DNA of 64,000 nt from an uncultured Candidatus Saccharibacteria bacterium (GTDB lineage Bacteria; Patescibacteriota; Minisyncoccia; UBA6257; 2-01-FULL-56-20). Shown piece by piece: positions 12,253 to 21,118 of the stretch. The notes below the pieces were generated by a model that saw only the letters and a list, made by a program, of their open reading frames with translations, did not search any database and was not told the DNA's origin. The translations under genes were made by a program, and so were the position numbers. The stretch spans positions 164,742 to 228,741 of the forward strand of contig CAZAFA010000001.1 in assembly GCA_964484655.1 (NCBI GenBank), read 5' to 3'. The stretch's first letter is position 1, and every line of letters starts with the position of its first letter.

Positions 12253-13964
12253 GACGGCTCGAGGCTAACGGAGACGGTCTTCCATCCGGCGCCGACGGTA
12301 ACCGGCACGCTCGCGGGCTGCCTGCCGGGCGCAGTCACGCTGACCGTGTAGCTCCCGGAAGCCAGGCCTGTGAAGAGCCGCTGTCCTCGCGGTACGCAGG
12401 GGCCAGCGAACTCGAAGGAAACCGCGCTGACGGTCGGGCTCGACGCCGGGCTGTCGGTGCTCAGATAGATGCGGTAGCGCACGTAGCGCTTGCCTTGGAC
12501 TGCCGCCGGCAGCGGGCCCGGGCCCGTGAAGTAGCTGCTCCCGCTTCCGTCAGGCCCGACGTAACTCCATCCCGAGCCGGTATCCGATCCGGCGACCTGG
12601 AACCGGATCGCGTCCGGACCCGATCCGTTCGACTGCCCGCTCCAGGAGAGGTGGGTCGCCGAAGCCGGCGTGCCGCCGAGGTCGATCGCCGCAGACTCGA
12701 GCGTCCCGTCGGTCGAGGTCGCATAAGGGCCTCCCTCAGGCGAGAGCGCAACCTGCGCTCCCGCGATCACCCCGGAAAGGCTCGCGCCGTCCCAGTCGGT
12801 CTCGCGGTAGGTCGCATACGAGGTGCTTGCAGCCGCCGACCCCGCGCCGCTGAGCACTACCATGGCCTCGAGCGGGTCCCCTGTGCCGGCGTCCCGGACC
12901 GTCACCTGGAGGGCCGAGGATGCCGCGGGCGCGAGGATGAAGCGGAAGGATTGCTCGCCGCCAGGCACGATTCCGGCGGGCAGGAGCGGGATCGTGCCTA
13001 CGAGGTCGAGGGATCCCTCGTACGCGAGCGCGTACGAGTCCCATTCCAGCGGGAGGGTCGTGGCGCCGCCGGTCCCGGTGTCTCCTGAGAACGCGTACTT
13101 AGGCACGTCCGGGCTTGTCCCGACGAGCTTGCCGCCAGTGGCGTCGAACGGCTGGCTCGCGATGGCCGTGCAGCGGATGTCGGCGCTGCTCACTGTGACG
13201 TTCGCGAGCAGGTCGATCGCGAAGCTCAGCTCGGTGACCGCCTGAGAACTGACCGTCGCGTGCGGCTTAACCGGGTTCGGATTCCCCGTCCCGCCGGGAG
13301 CATACGTGCGCTCGGACGAATAGCCGTCCTTGGTCACCGCGACCTGATACGCCTGCGTGCTCGTCGGGACGTCGACCAGCTGCAGCCTGCCGCTCGCGTC
13401 CGTGACATCGGTGAAGTCGATCGCAGGCGAAGTCGACGCGTTGACGATGTGCACCGACGCGCCGGGTACGGCATGCCCGTTCGCGTCGAAGACTGAGACG
13501 AAGAGCGACCCGTTGCCGGAAGCGCTCTCGAGCCCGCGCGGCGCGACCGTGGTGGTGATCGCGATCGGCGAGAAGCGTGCGCAGGTTGGGCACGTAGCGG
13601 TCAGCTCCACGAGCTTGTAGTCGGCAGGCGCGGTATCCGCGGGCGTCGAGGTGACCGTCCCGTCGAAAGGATCGTCGACATTCCGGACCGCCGCTTGGAC
13701 GACGAACGTGCTCCCGTTCCAGTCGACCTGCTCGGCCTGGAGCAGGACGCCGGCGGGAATGCCACCCTGCACGCCGACCTGCTCGTACGCGAGCGTGCGC
13801 ACGACCTCCACCCGCTCGGCGAGGATCCCTGCCGCCGCCCTCCGGAGCTCGAAGTTGCTCGCGGTATCGAGGATGGCGAAATAGACGAGGAAGATGCCGC
13901 CGAAGAGCGTGGCGATGATCCCTATGGCGAGGATGAGGTCGACGAGGCTGAATCCGTTCCGCAT
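12249..13964 (-). CDS. large prepilin-type protein with carboxypeptidase-regulatory-like / Thr-rich adhesin-like domains (candidate tip pilin or adhesin)
   Basis: MRNG|FSLVDLILAIGII N-terminus; 571 aa; segment ASVHIVNASTSPAIDFTDVTDASGRLQLVDVP resembles a CarboxypepD_reg fold. Confidence 0.55.
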   Translation of the reverse strand: MRNGFSLVDLILAIGIIATLFGGIFLVYFAILDTASNFELRRAAAGILAERVEVVRTLAYEQVGVQGGIPAGVLLQAEQVDWNGSTFVVQAAVRNVDDPFDGTVTSTPADTAPADYKLVELTATCPTCARFSPIAITTTVAPRGLESASGNGSLFVSVFDANGHAVPGASVHIVNASTSPAIDFTDVTDASGRLQLVDVPTSTQAYQVAVTKDGYSSERTYAPGGTGNPNPVKPHATVSSQAVTELSFAIDLLANVTVSSADIRCTAIASQPFDATGGKLVGTSPDVPKYAFSGDTGTGGATTLPLEWDSYALAYEGSLDLVGTIPLLPAGIVPGGEQSFRFILAPAASSALQVTVRDAGTGDPLEAMVVLSGAGSAAASTSYATYRETDWDGASLSGVIAGAQVALSPEGGPYATSTDGTLESAAIDLGGTPASATHLSWSGQSNGSGPDAIRFQVAGSDTGSGWSYVGPDGSGSSYFTGPGPLPAAVQGKRYVRYRIYLSTDSPASSPTVSAVSFEFAGPCVPRGQRLFTGLASGSYTVSVTAPGRQPASVPVTVGAGWKTVSVSLEPS

Positions 13965-13966
13965 CG

Positions 13967-15031
13967 CTACCTGATGCCCTGCGACAGCGAGTAGATGGGG
14001 AGGATGATCGAGAGCGCGACGAAGCCGACCAGGAGGCCCATCCCGACGAGGAGAATCGGCTCGAGGAGCGCGGTCATCGTCTTCAGGGCCTCGTCCGTCT
14101 CCTCGGTGTAGTGCTCCGAGAGATAGATGAGGTTCCCCTCCAGGTTGCCGGTCTGCTCGCCGATGGTGACGATGCCCGTCATCAGCGGCGGGAATGCGCG
14201 CGGGTAGCGCTCGAGCTCGGCGCCGAGCGATTCCCCCCTACGGATGCCGTCAGCCGCTCTCATGAGCACGTCCTTGTAGACGAGGTTGCTGAAGGTCGCG
14301 CTCGTGACCTGGATGCCCTCGACGATGTGGACGCCGCTCTTGAGGAGGATGCCCAGCACGCGGCTGAAGTTCGCCACGTTGACGTTCATCATGAGCTGCC
14401 CGGTCACGGGAATCCCGAGCAGGAAGCCGTGGAACGCCTTCCGGAACGGCCGCACCCGCGTGAAGAGGAACCGCAGGCCGACGATCGCCGCGATCGCGGC
14501 GAGGCCGCCGACGATGCCGTACTTGGAGAGGACGTCGAGTACGCCGATGAGGATGCGCGTCGTCAGCGGGAGCTGGACGTTGAAACCCGAGAGCACGGGC
14601 AGGATCTTCGGGAAAACGAAGAAGGTGAGGAAGCTGACGACCGCGATCGTGGCAACCAGGAGCACCACCGGATAGATCAGGGCGGAGCGGACCTTCCCCT
14701 GCAGCTCGCGCCCCTTCCTGATCTCGTCGGCGAGGTACGCCAGGTTGTCCCCGAGCGTGCCGCTCGCCTCCCCGACGCGGACGATGTTGGTGAAGAAGTC
14801 CCCGAACAGCTGCGGGAACCGCCCGAGGCTGTCCGCGAGCGGACGGCCCGCGTTGACGTCGGCGACGAGCTGGTCGATGACCGCGCCCAAGGTCTTGCTG
14901 AAGCGCTGGCGGCGGAGCATCTGCAGCCCCTCGAGAAGCGGCAGGCCTGCCCGCACGACCATCGAAAGGTGCCGCGCGAAGGTGATCTTCTCCTGCGTCT
15001 TGAGGCGCGCGAAGCGCGATATCCCGGCCAT
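13967..15031 (-). CDS. pilC: type IV pilus / T2SS platform protein PilC/GspF family
   Basis: two GspF-like repeats with polytopic TM; start placed at MAGISRF.. immediately after the pilB stop. Confidence 0.85.
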   Translation of the reverse strand: MAGISRFARLKTQEKITFARHLSMVVRAGLPLLEGLQMLRRQRFSKTLGAVIDQLVADVNAGRPLADSLGRFPQLFGDFFTNIVRVGEASGTLGDNLAYLADEIRKGRELQGKVRSALIYPVVLLVATIAVVSFLTFFVFPKILPVLSGFNVQLPLTTRILIGVLDVLSKYGIVGGLAAIAAIVGLRFLFTRVRPFRKAFHGFLLGIPVTGQLMMNVNVANFSRVLGILLKSGVHIVEGIQVTSATFSNLVYKDVLMRAADGIRRGESLGAELERYPRAFPPLMTGIVTIGEQTGNLEGNLIYLSEHYTEETDEALKTMTALLEPILLVGMGLLVGFVALSIILPIYSLSQGIR

Positions 15032-15033
15032 GG

Positions 15034-16269
15034 TCAGTCGAAGATGATGCGGATGACCTCCTCGATCGAGGTCAGGCCTGCGGCCGCCTTCTCGGCGCCG
15101 TCGCGCATCATGGTCTTCATCCCCTCCTCCACGGCCTTCTTCTTGATGTCTGCGGCTGACGCGCGCTCGAGCACCAGGTGCTGGATCGCCGGCGTCATGG
15201 GAAGCACCTCGCGGATGCCGATGCGTCCGCGGTAACCGGTTCCGTGGCACTTCTCGCAGCCGCGCGGCGCCCAGAGCTGCTCGAGATCCTCGTGGCGCAC
15301 GTCGCCCCCGAAAAGCTCAAGGAGGCTGGCCCGCTCCTTCTCCGTCACCGGCCTGATCACCTTGCACGCGTCGCAGAGTGTGCGGACCAGCCGCTGCCCC
15401 ATCGCGATGTTGACCGTCGACGCGACCAGGAAGGGCGGCACGCCCATGTCGATCAGGCGCGGGAAGGTCGTCGCCGCGTCGTTAGTGTGCAGGGTGGAGA
15501 GCACGAGGTGGCCAGTGAGCGCCGCATTCACGGCGATGCCTGCCGTCTCCTCGTCGCGGATCTCGCCCACCATGAGGATGTTCGGGTCCTGACGGAGGAT
15601 ACTGCGGAGCCCCGACGCGAAGGTGAAGCCCACCTGCTGGTTCGTCTGCATCTGCGTCACTCCCTCGAGCGCGTACTCGATCGGGTCCTCGATGGTTATG
15701 ATCGAGCGGTCCGGCTGGTTGAGCTCCTTGAGGATCGTGTAGAGGGTGGTCGTCTTGCCGGATCCGGTAGGCCCGTTGGCGAGGATCATGCCGTAGGGCC
15801 GCATGATCGCGCGCCGTACGCGCGCGAGAGCGTCAGACTGGAAGCCGAGCGACTCGAGCGTGAAGGCCTCGCTCTCGGCAAGGATGCGCAGCACCGCGTT
15901 CTCGCCGTGGTACGTCGGCGCGATGGAGACGCGGACGGCGAGGTCGATGCCCTCGAAGGCCACCTTGAGGCGCCCGTCCTGCGGCACGAGGTGCTCGTCC
16001 GTGCGCAGGCCGCACATGACTTTGATGCGGCTGACGACCTCCTCGTGAAGCTCCTTCGGGAGCCCCTCACCGAGCGCGTCCTGGAGCATGCCGTCGATGC
16101 GGAAGCGGAGGCGCACCTTGTCCTTCTCCGGCTCGATATGAACGTCCGACGCCTGTGTGGCATAGGCGAACTCGACGATGAGGTCGACGAGCGCGACGAT
16201 GGAGACCTCGCCGTGGGCGCGGTTCAGCGCATCAACGAAGGCGGACTTGATCTCCTCGGGATCGCGCAT
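15034..16269 (-). CDS. pilB: type IV pilus assembly ATPase PilB/GspE family, short form
   Basis: Walker A GPTGSGKTTT, Asp box, His box and tetracysteine CDACK...CEKCHGTGYRGR typical of PilB/GspE; 411 aa. Confidence 0.88.
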   Translation of the reverse strand: MRDPEEIKSAFVDALNRAHGEVSIVALVDLIVEFAYATQASDVHIEPEKDKVRLRFRIDGMLQDALGEGLPKELHEEVVSRIKVMCGLRTDEHLVPQDGRLKVAFEGIDLAVRVSIAPTYHGENAVLRILAESEAFTLESLGFQSDALARVRRAIMRPYGMILANGPTGSGKTTTLYTILKELNQPDRSIITIEDPIEYALEGVTQMQTNQQVGFTFASGLRSILRQDPNILMVGEIRDEETAGIAVNAALTGHLVLSTLHTNDAATTFPRLIDMGVPPFLVASTVNIAMGQRLVRTLCDACKVIRPVTEKERASLLELFGGDVRHEDLEQLWAPRGCEKCHGTGYRGRIGIREVLPMTPAIQHLVLERASAADIKKKAVEEGMKTMMRDGAEKAAAGLTSIEEVIRIIFD

Positions 16270-16483
16270 GGATGCGCCCAGTATAGCACTGCGCCGCGAC
16301 GCCGCGCCGCTCAGATACCGAGGAGCGCCCTGCTCGCCGTGGCGAACCGGTTGGCGCCTCGGCTGAGGCTTGCGCTGATGAGGAATATGCGGATCGGCAT
16401 AGCTCGAGGATGAGCTGCTCCGATGAAACCCTCGTGAAGGAGCCCTTCACCCCACCGCCATCGCCTTTCGTTACTCTGGCCGC

Positions 16484-16669
16484 ATGAGAAAGGTCGGCAC
16501 CAGACAACACACCATGAACGCGCCGCGTTACAACACCTGGGAGGAGCTCCATCGCCTCACCCGCACCGTCGAGTGGGATCTGATGGGCGAGCAGTTCCCG
16601 AGGATCAAGAACTGGCCATCGCGATCCCGCACGAAGCCGCTGAAGTTCCGCCGCGATCTCTACGAGTGA
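16484..16669 (+). CDS. possible small protein, hypothetical
   Basis: 61 aa with unbiased composition in the pilB-regulator intergenic region; followed by a hairpin; no clear RBS. Confidence 0.2.
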   Translation: MRKVGTRQHTMNAPRYNTWEELHRLTRTVEWDLMGEQFPRIKNWPSRSRTKPLKFRRDLYE

Positions 16670-16767
16670 TCGCGCACCGCTTACCAAGCAGAGCAACCAC
16701 CCCCAGTCGCCCTCACCGGCTGGGGGTTCATCTCGCGTTCATGAAAACGGGTGTATGGTATGTCCAT

Positions 16768-17439
16768 ATGCGCCTCCTCATCATCGAAGATGATGCTGCA
16801 ATCGCGTTCTCGGTGAAGAACGCGCTGGAAAGCCAGGGATACGCCGTCGACCACCTCCCGGACGGCGAGCGCGGAGCGCAGCGGCTCGGGCTCTATCACG
16901 AGTCCTACGACGCGGTCGTTCTCGATGTGTCCCTTCCCGGCAAGAGCGGGATAGTGGTATGCCGCGAGGCGCGTCAGCGAGGCATCACCACCCCTGTTCT
17001 CATGCTGACCGGCCTCGACGGAGTCGAGGACCGCGTGCACGGGCTCGACGCGGGCGCCGACGACTACCTCGTGAAGCCTTTCGCCCTCGACGAGCTGCTC
17101 GCGCGCCTGCGCGCGCTCACCCGCCGCCAACCTCTCGTGCACGGTACCGAGCTCGCGGCTGGGCCGCTCAGGCTCAACACGGCCACCCGCCGCGTCACAG
17201 CCTGCGGCGAAGATCTCAATCTCACTCTGAAGGAGTTCGCCGTCCTCGAATACCTGCTCCGTCATGCCGGGAAGGTAGTCAGCCGCGAGGAGCTGATCGA
17301 CCACGCCTGGGACTTCAACGGCGGCACCTTCAGCAACACCGTCGACGTTCATGTCAGCCGCATCCGCCGGAAGCTCGGAGATGCCGCTGCCTGCCTCGAA
17401 TCCATCAAGGGCGTCGGTTACCGCCTTTCCGAGGTATGA
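16768..17439 (+). CDS. OmpR-family two-component response regulator
   Basis: receiver domain MRLLIIEDD...D..LPG..G...L.TA... plus winged-helix region (LTLKEFAVLEYLLRHAGKVVSREEL...GYRL). Confidence 0.88.
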   Translation: MRLLIIEDDAAIAFSVKNALESQGYAVDHLPDGERGAQRLGLYHESYDAVVLDVSLPGKSGIVVCREARQRGITTPVLMLTGLDGVEDRVHGLDAGADDYLVKPFALDELLARLRALTRRQPLVHGTELAAGPLRLNTATRRVTACGEDLNLTLKEFAVLEYLLRHAGKVVSREELIDHAWDFNGGTFSNTVDVHVSRIRRKLGDAAACLESIKGVGYRLSEV

Positions 17440-19268
17440 AGCGGCTCTATCGAATCCAGCAGAATGACCTGCCGATCGATAGCCTCACCTTCATCAGCGA
17501 GGCCACCGACGGTCTCGTCGTTCTCGATGGAAGTTGGCGCTACATCTACGTAAACGAGCCTGCCGCTCAGCTTTCCGGCCATGTCGCCTCCGAGCTTCTC
17601 GACCGCAGCGCTATCGAGGTACATCCGGACTTCGAGAACACGATATTCTTCCAGCATTACGCGGCGGCGCGCGCTGAGAACAGGGTGCAGCGCTTCGAGT
17701 TCTACTATCCACATCTGGAGCGGTGGTACACCATCACCGTCTATCCTAGCCCTGACCAGCGCCTCTTCATCTATTTCTCTGATATCACGCCCTGGAAGAG
17801 GAAGGAGGAGCAGCTCAGGCTCCTCGTCGACAACATCGAGGCCCACGCGATCTGCATGCTGAGTCCCGAGGGCACCATAATCCGCTGGAACCCCGGCGCG
17901 CAGCAGCTGTTCGGCTATACAAGCGAGGAGGCGGAGGGCAAGCACCTTTCCATGCTCTACCTGCCCGAGCATCGTCGGGAGGGCCAGCCGCTCCTCGCGC
18001 TCGCCGACGCGGCCGAGAACGGACGCCACGTGGCGCAGGGCTGGCAGAGCAGGCGACGCGGGCGCTTCTGGTCCCATTATTCGCTCAGCGCGATCAGGGA
18101 CAGCGACGGCGTGCTCGTCGGATTCACCCTGGTAGCCCAGGACCGTACCGTACCCTACACGACCAGGCTCGCCCTCGAGGAGCGGACGGCGCAGCTCGAG
18201 CGCGAGAAGGCGAAGGCCGATGCGCTCCTGAGCAGCATCGGCGAAGGCGTCATCGCCACCGACGGCGAAGGCAAGATCGTACTCTTCAATCCGCAAGCGG
18301 AGCGCATGACGCATGTCTCAGAGAAGGAAGCCCTGGGAAGACACTACGGACGCGTCATGAAGATCGAGGCCGAGGACGGCACGCGCATCCCTGAGGAGGA
18401 AACCGCCTTAGGCAAGACGCTCGCTACCGGGAAGAAGCACGAGAGCCCGCCTGGTCGCTACTTCGTTCCCCGCTACGGGAACCGCTTCCCGGTCGTGGTG
18501 TCGGCCAACCCTCTGGTCCTCGACGGCGAGCTGACAGGCGTGATCGCCGTGCTCCGGAACGTGACCAAGGAGCACGATGCCGATCGCGCCAAGAGCGAGT
18601 TCGTGTCGCTGGTCTCGCATCAGCTCCGCACGCCGCTCACGGCGATGAAGCTCCTCGGCGACCTGCTCGCGAAGGAGACCGTGGGTTCCCTTTCCGAGCA
18701 GCAGCTCCAGATCGTCGGCCGCATGAACGAATCCACGGAAAAGATGATCGCGCTGGTCAACGCTTTGCTCAACGTCTCGCGGATCGAGAACTCCACCCTC
18801 ACCGCGAACCTCGTCACTGCCGACTTCAGCGATGTCGTGGACGAGGTGATCTCCGAGCTCCGTCCGCTCATCCGGATGCGCCAGCTCGTGCTGCGCTATA
18901 CCCCGCTGAAGGGAGAGGCCCCGGTCACAACCGATCCCGGCCTGCTCCGCCAGGTGGTCGCGAACGTCGTCAGCAACGCTATCCAATATTCCCCGCGCCG
19001 CAAGCATCTCGAGATCGAGGTCCGCAAGAAGGGGTCGTCCTACGTCCTTTCCGTCCGCGACTGGGGCATCGGCATCCCGGAGGACATGCGCGACCGCGTC
19101 TTCGCCCGTTTCTTCCGATCACCTGGCGCCGTGAAGCACAAGCCGGACGGCACCGGCCTGGGCCTCTATCTCTCGCACAAGATCATGGAGCTCCTCGGCG
19201 GCCGTATCTGGTTCAAGCCCGGCGAGGGCGGCGGCACCGTCTTCAATGTCAGCCTACCCGCTCAGTGA
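17436..19268 (+). CDS. cytoplasmic PAS-domain sensor histidine kinase
   Basis: ATGA overlap with the regulator; PAS-like repeats; H-box EFVSLVSHQLRTPLTAM; HATPase N, G1 and G2 boxes (DWGIGIP, GTGLGL); no TM segment. Confidence 0.85.
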   Translation: MKRLYRIQQNDLPIDSLTFISEATDGLVVLDGSWRYIYVNEPAAQLSGHVASELLDRSAIEVHPDFENTIFFQHYAAARAENRVQRFEFYYPHLERWYTITVYPSPDQRLFIYFSDITPWKRKEEQLRLLVDNIEAHAICMLSPEGTIIRWNPGAQQLFGYTSEEAEGKHLSMLYLPEHRREGQPLLALADAAENGRHVAQGWQSRRRGRFWSHYSLSAIRDSDGVLVGFTLVAQDRTVPYTTRLALEERTAQLEREKAKADALLSSIGEGVIATDGEGKIVLFNPQAERMTHVSEKEALGRHYGRVMKIEAEDGTRIPEEETALGKTLATGKKHESPPGRYFVPRYGNRFPVVVSANPLVLDGELTGVIAVLRNVTKEHDADRAKSEFVSLVSHQLRTPLTAMKLLGDLLAKETVGSLSEQQLQIVGRMNESTEKMIALVNALLNVSRIENSTLTANLVTADFSDVVDEVISELRPLIRMRQLVLRYTPLKGEAPVTTDPGLLRQVVANVVSNAIQYSPRRKHLEIEVRKKGSSYVLSVRDWGIGIPEDMRDRVFARFFRSPGAVKHKPDGTGLGLYLSHKIMELLGGRIWFKPGEGGGTVFNVSLPAQ

Positions 19269-19635
19269 CCGCACCGTGCTCGTCGCAGAGGACGAGCAGG
19301 ACATTGCCGAGGCCTACCGGCTCTTCCTCGAGTCGAACGGCTTCCCGGTGAAGGTAGTCGCGGACGGCCGAATGGCCATCAGGGAGGCGCGCACCGGGAA
19401 TTATGACGTAATGCTCCTCGACCTCCTCATGCCCCACAAGAACGGGTTCGAGGTTCTCGAGGCGCTGAATAGGCTCGGCATGACGGAGCGGATATCGATC
19501 ATCGTCGTCTCGAACCTGAGCCAGCCGGCTGACGCGCTTCGTTGCAAGGAGCTCGGCGCGGCGGAGTACGAGGTCAAGTCGAACATATCGCTCGACGATC
19601 TCTTGAAGAAGATACGCAAGCACGCCCGACGTTGA
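19246..19635 (+). CDS. stand-alone CheY-like receiver domain protein
   Basis: 129 aa; VLVAEDEQD...MLLDLLMP...receiver pattern; overlaps the kinase 3' end. Confidence 0.75.
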   Translation: MSAYPLSDRTVLVAEDEQDIAEAYRLFLESNGFPVKVVADGRMAIREARTGNYDVMLLDLLMPHKNGFEVLEALNRLGMTERISIIVVSNLSQPADALRCKELGAAEYEVKSNISLDDLLKKIRKHARR

Positions 19636-19656
19636 TTCCCTTAACAGTGGCTTCAT

Positions 19657-19685
19657 GCAGTCCTCGTATGCTGGACGAGGACTGC
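19657..19685 (+). terminator. perfect 11-bp stem, 7-nt loop hairpin after the receiver gene (no U-tract)
   Basis: gcagtcctcgt atgctgg acgaggactgc read directly from the sequence. Confidence 0.3.
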
Positions 19686-19772
19686 TAGCCGCGCACCTGC
19701 GGCCTGGCAATGGGATCGGAGAAACATCCGCGAGTTGCATCGTAGCTGCAGCGCGCGACCACACTGCCAAAC

Positions 19773-20423
19773 ATGACCCTACGTAAACTCCTTACCTCGG
19801 TACTTGGACTGGTCCTCATCGTCGGTCCTGAGCTCGCACATGCAGAAGTCACGCAGCCAGGTTCGCCGCGCCTGGTGATCAGGCGTGCCGTACCTACCTC
19901 GACGGCTGATTACTATCATCGCATCGCCCACCAGGAGGTGACCGTGCTCAATCTCGGCGACGGCATCGCGAAGGGCGTGGTCCTTCACGATGTGATCTCC
20001 AAGCCGAACGGCGAGATCGTGCACGATGAGCCGTGGGAGATCGGCACGATGGCTCCGGGAGAAGGCGCGACGCTTACCTATGACGTCGCGTTCTCCATGC
20101 TCGCGCCCTCCGGCTCGTACAGCGTCGTAGCCCAAGTACAGGCTGAGAGCGGCGTTGCCGCCATGGTGGTCGGCATCATCGAGGTCCTGCCCTCCTCACT
20201 GTCACGAGCAGGCCGTGAGCATGCTGAAATCGAGCTTGCGAGTAGAGAGCCTGACGAGGGCGTGGCGTATGCGGCAACCGGCAGCGGTAATGACGGTCAT
20301 CCCCGTCCCCCGCTCCCCTCTTCGACAATGACACCTCTCCTGTTCTTCCTCGGGGCAGTCCTCTGCGCTCTGGGCGTCAGGATCCTGCGCAACGAAGGAT
20401 CCGTGGGCGGTCAGGCATCCTGA
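19773..20423 (+). CDS. secreted DUF11-like (conserved-repeat) domain protein with C-terminal TM anchor
   Basis: signal peptide; EVTVLNLGDGIAKGVVLHDVI...GEGATLTYDV pattern; C-terminal hydrophobic helix. Confidence 0.5.
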   Translation: MTLRKLLTSVLGLVLIVGPELAHAEVTQPGSPRLVIRRAVPTSTADYYHRIAHQEVTVLNLGDGIAKGVVLHDVISKPNGEIVHDEPWEIGTMAPGEGATLTYDVAFSMLAPSGSYSVVAQVQAESGVAAMVVGIIEVLPSSLSRAGREHAEIELASREPDEGVAYAATGSGNDGHPRPPLPSSTMTPLLFFLGAVLCALGVRILRNEGSVGGQAS

Positions 20424-21118
20424 CCTGAGGAGCGGCGCTTGCGCCAGTCCCAGATAATCAGTCCCAGCATCCAGGCTCCGAGTATGGGCAGGACGATCCA
20501 CATGTCGGTCCCGTTCGGCGTAGCTATCTCGATCGCCTTGCTGCCGAGCAGGTACATCACCGTCCCCGCGATCGTGTCCCAGAGGAAGGTCGCCGCGACG
20601 GCGTACACGAGGAAGCGGCGGAACGGGATCGCCATGATGCCTGCTGCCGTGTCCGTGAGAGCGGCGATGCTCGGCATCCAGTAGGTCGCAAACAGGGCCC
20701 AGAGGCCGCGCTTCTCGAGGCGGTGTCGCGCCTGCGCGATCGGGCCCTTGAGACCGAACCTCGAGAGGAGGCGGTACCAGCCGTGCCTGCCGAGCTGGTA
20801 GTTCACGATATGCGCGGCGATGAGGCCGAGACTGCCCACGATGACCGCGACCACCGCCTCCTGCCAGCTGCGCGCGACGATGACGGCAACCGTAATGATG
20901 AAGACGCCCGGGAAGTAGCCGCCCACCAGCAGCGTCCCTTCTGCCATGGCGGCGAGAAAGAGGACTGGCAGCCCGTACCGGGAGAGCCAGCCCGCGATCG
21001 TGTCTGCCAGCACCTGGGCCGGCGGGAGGTCGAACACGTTCCAAAAGACCCGCAGCGAGAGCGACACGGCCAACAGGAAGAGCGGCACCGAGAGCAGGGC
21101 AAGATAGCGCTTGATCAT
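20411..21118 (-). CDS. DedA / SNARE-associated family membrane protein
   Basis: start at MIKRY..; segment GYFPGVFIITVAVIVA...LGRHGWYRLLSRFG typical of DedA. Confidence 0.8.
   Translation of the reverse strand: MIKRYLALLSVPLFLLAVSLSLRVFWNVFDLPPAQVLADTIAGWLSRYGLPVLFLAAMAEGTLLVGGYFPGVFIITVAVIVARSWQEAVVAVIVGSLGLIAAHIVNYQLGRHGWYRLLSRFGLKGPIAQARHRLEKRGLWALFATYWMPSIAALTDTAAGIMAIPFRRFLVYAVAATFLWDTIAGTVMYLLGSKAIEIATPNGTDMWIVLPILGAWMLGLIIWDWRKRRSSGQDA

Noticed and set aside
16959-17435. In-frame upstream extension of the histidine kinase ORF starting at 16959
   Set aside because: It overlaps the response-regulator gene in another frame, its composition is Arg/Pro-rich junk, and the kinase has a clean ATG (MKRLYRIQQ) in an ATGA overlap with the regulator stop.
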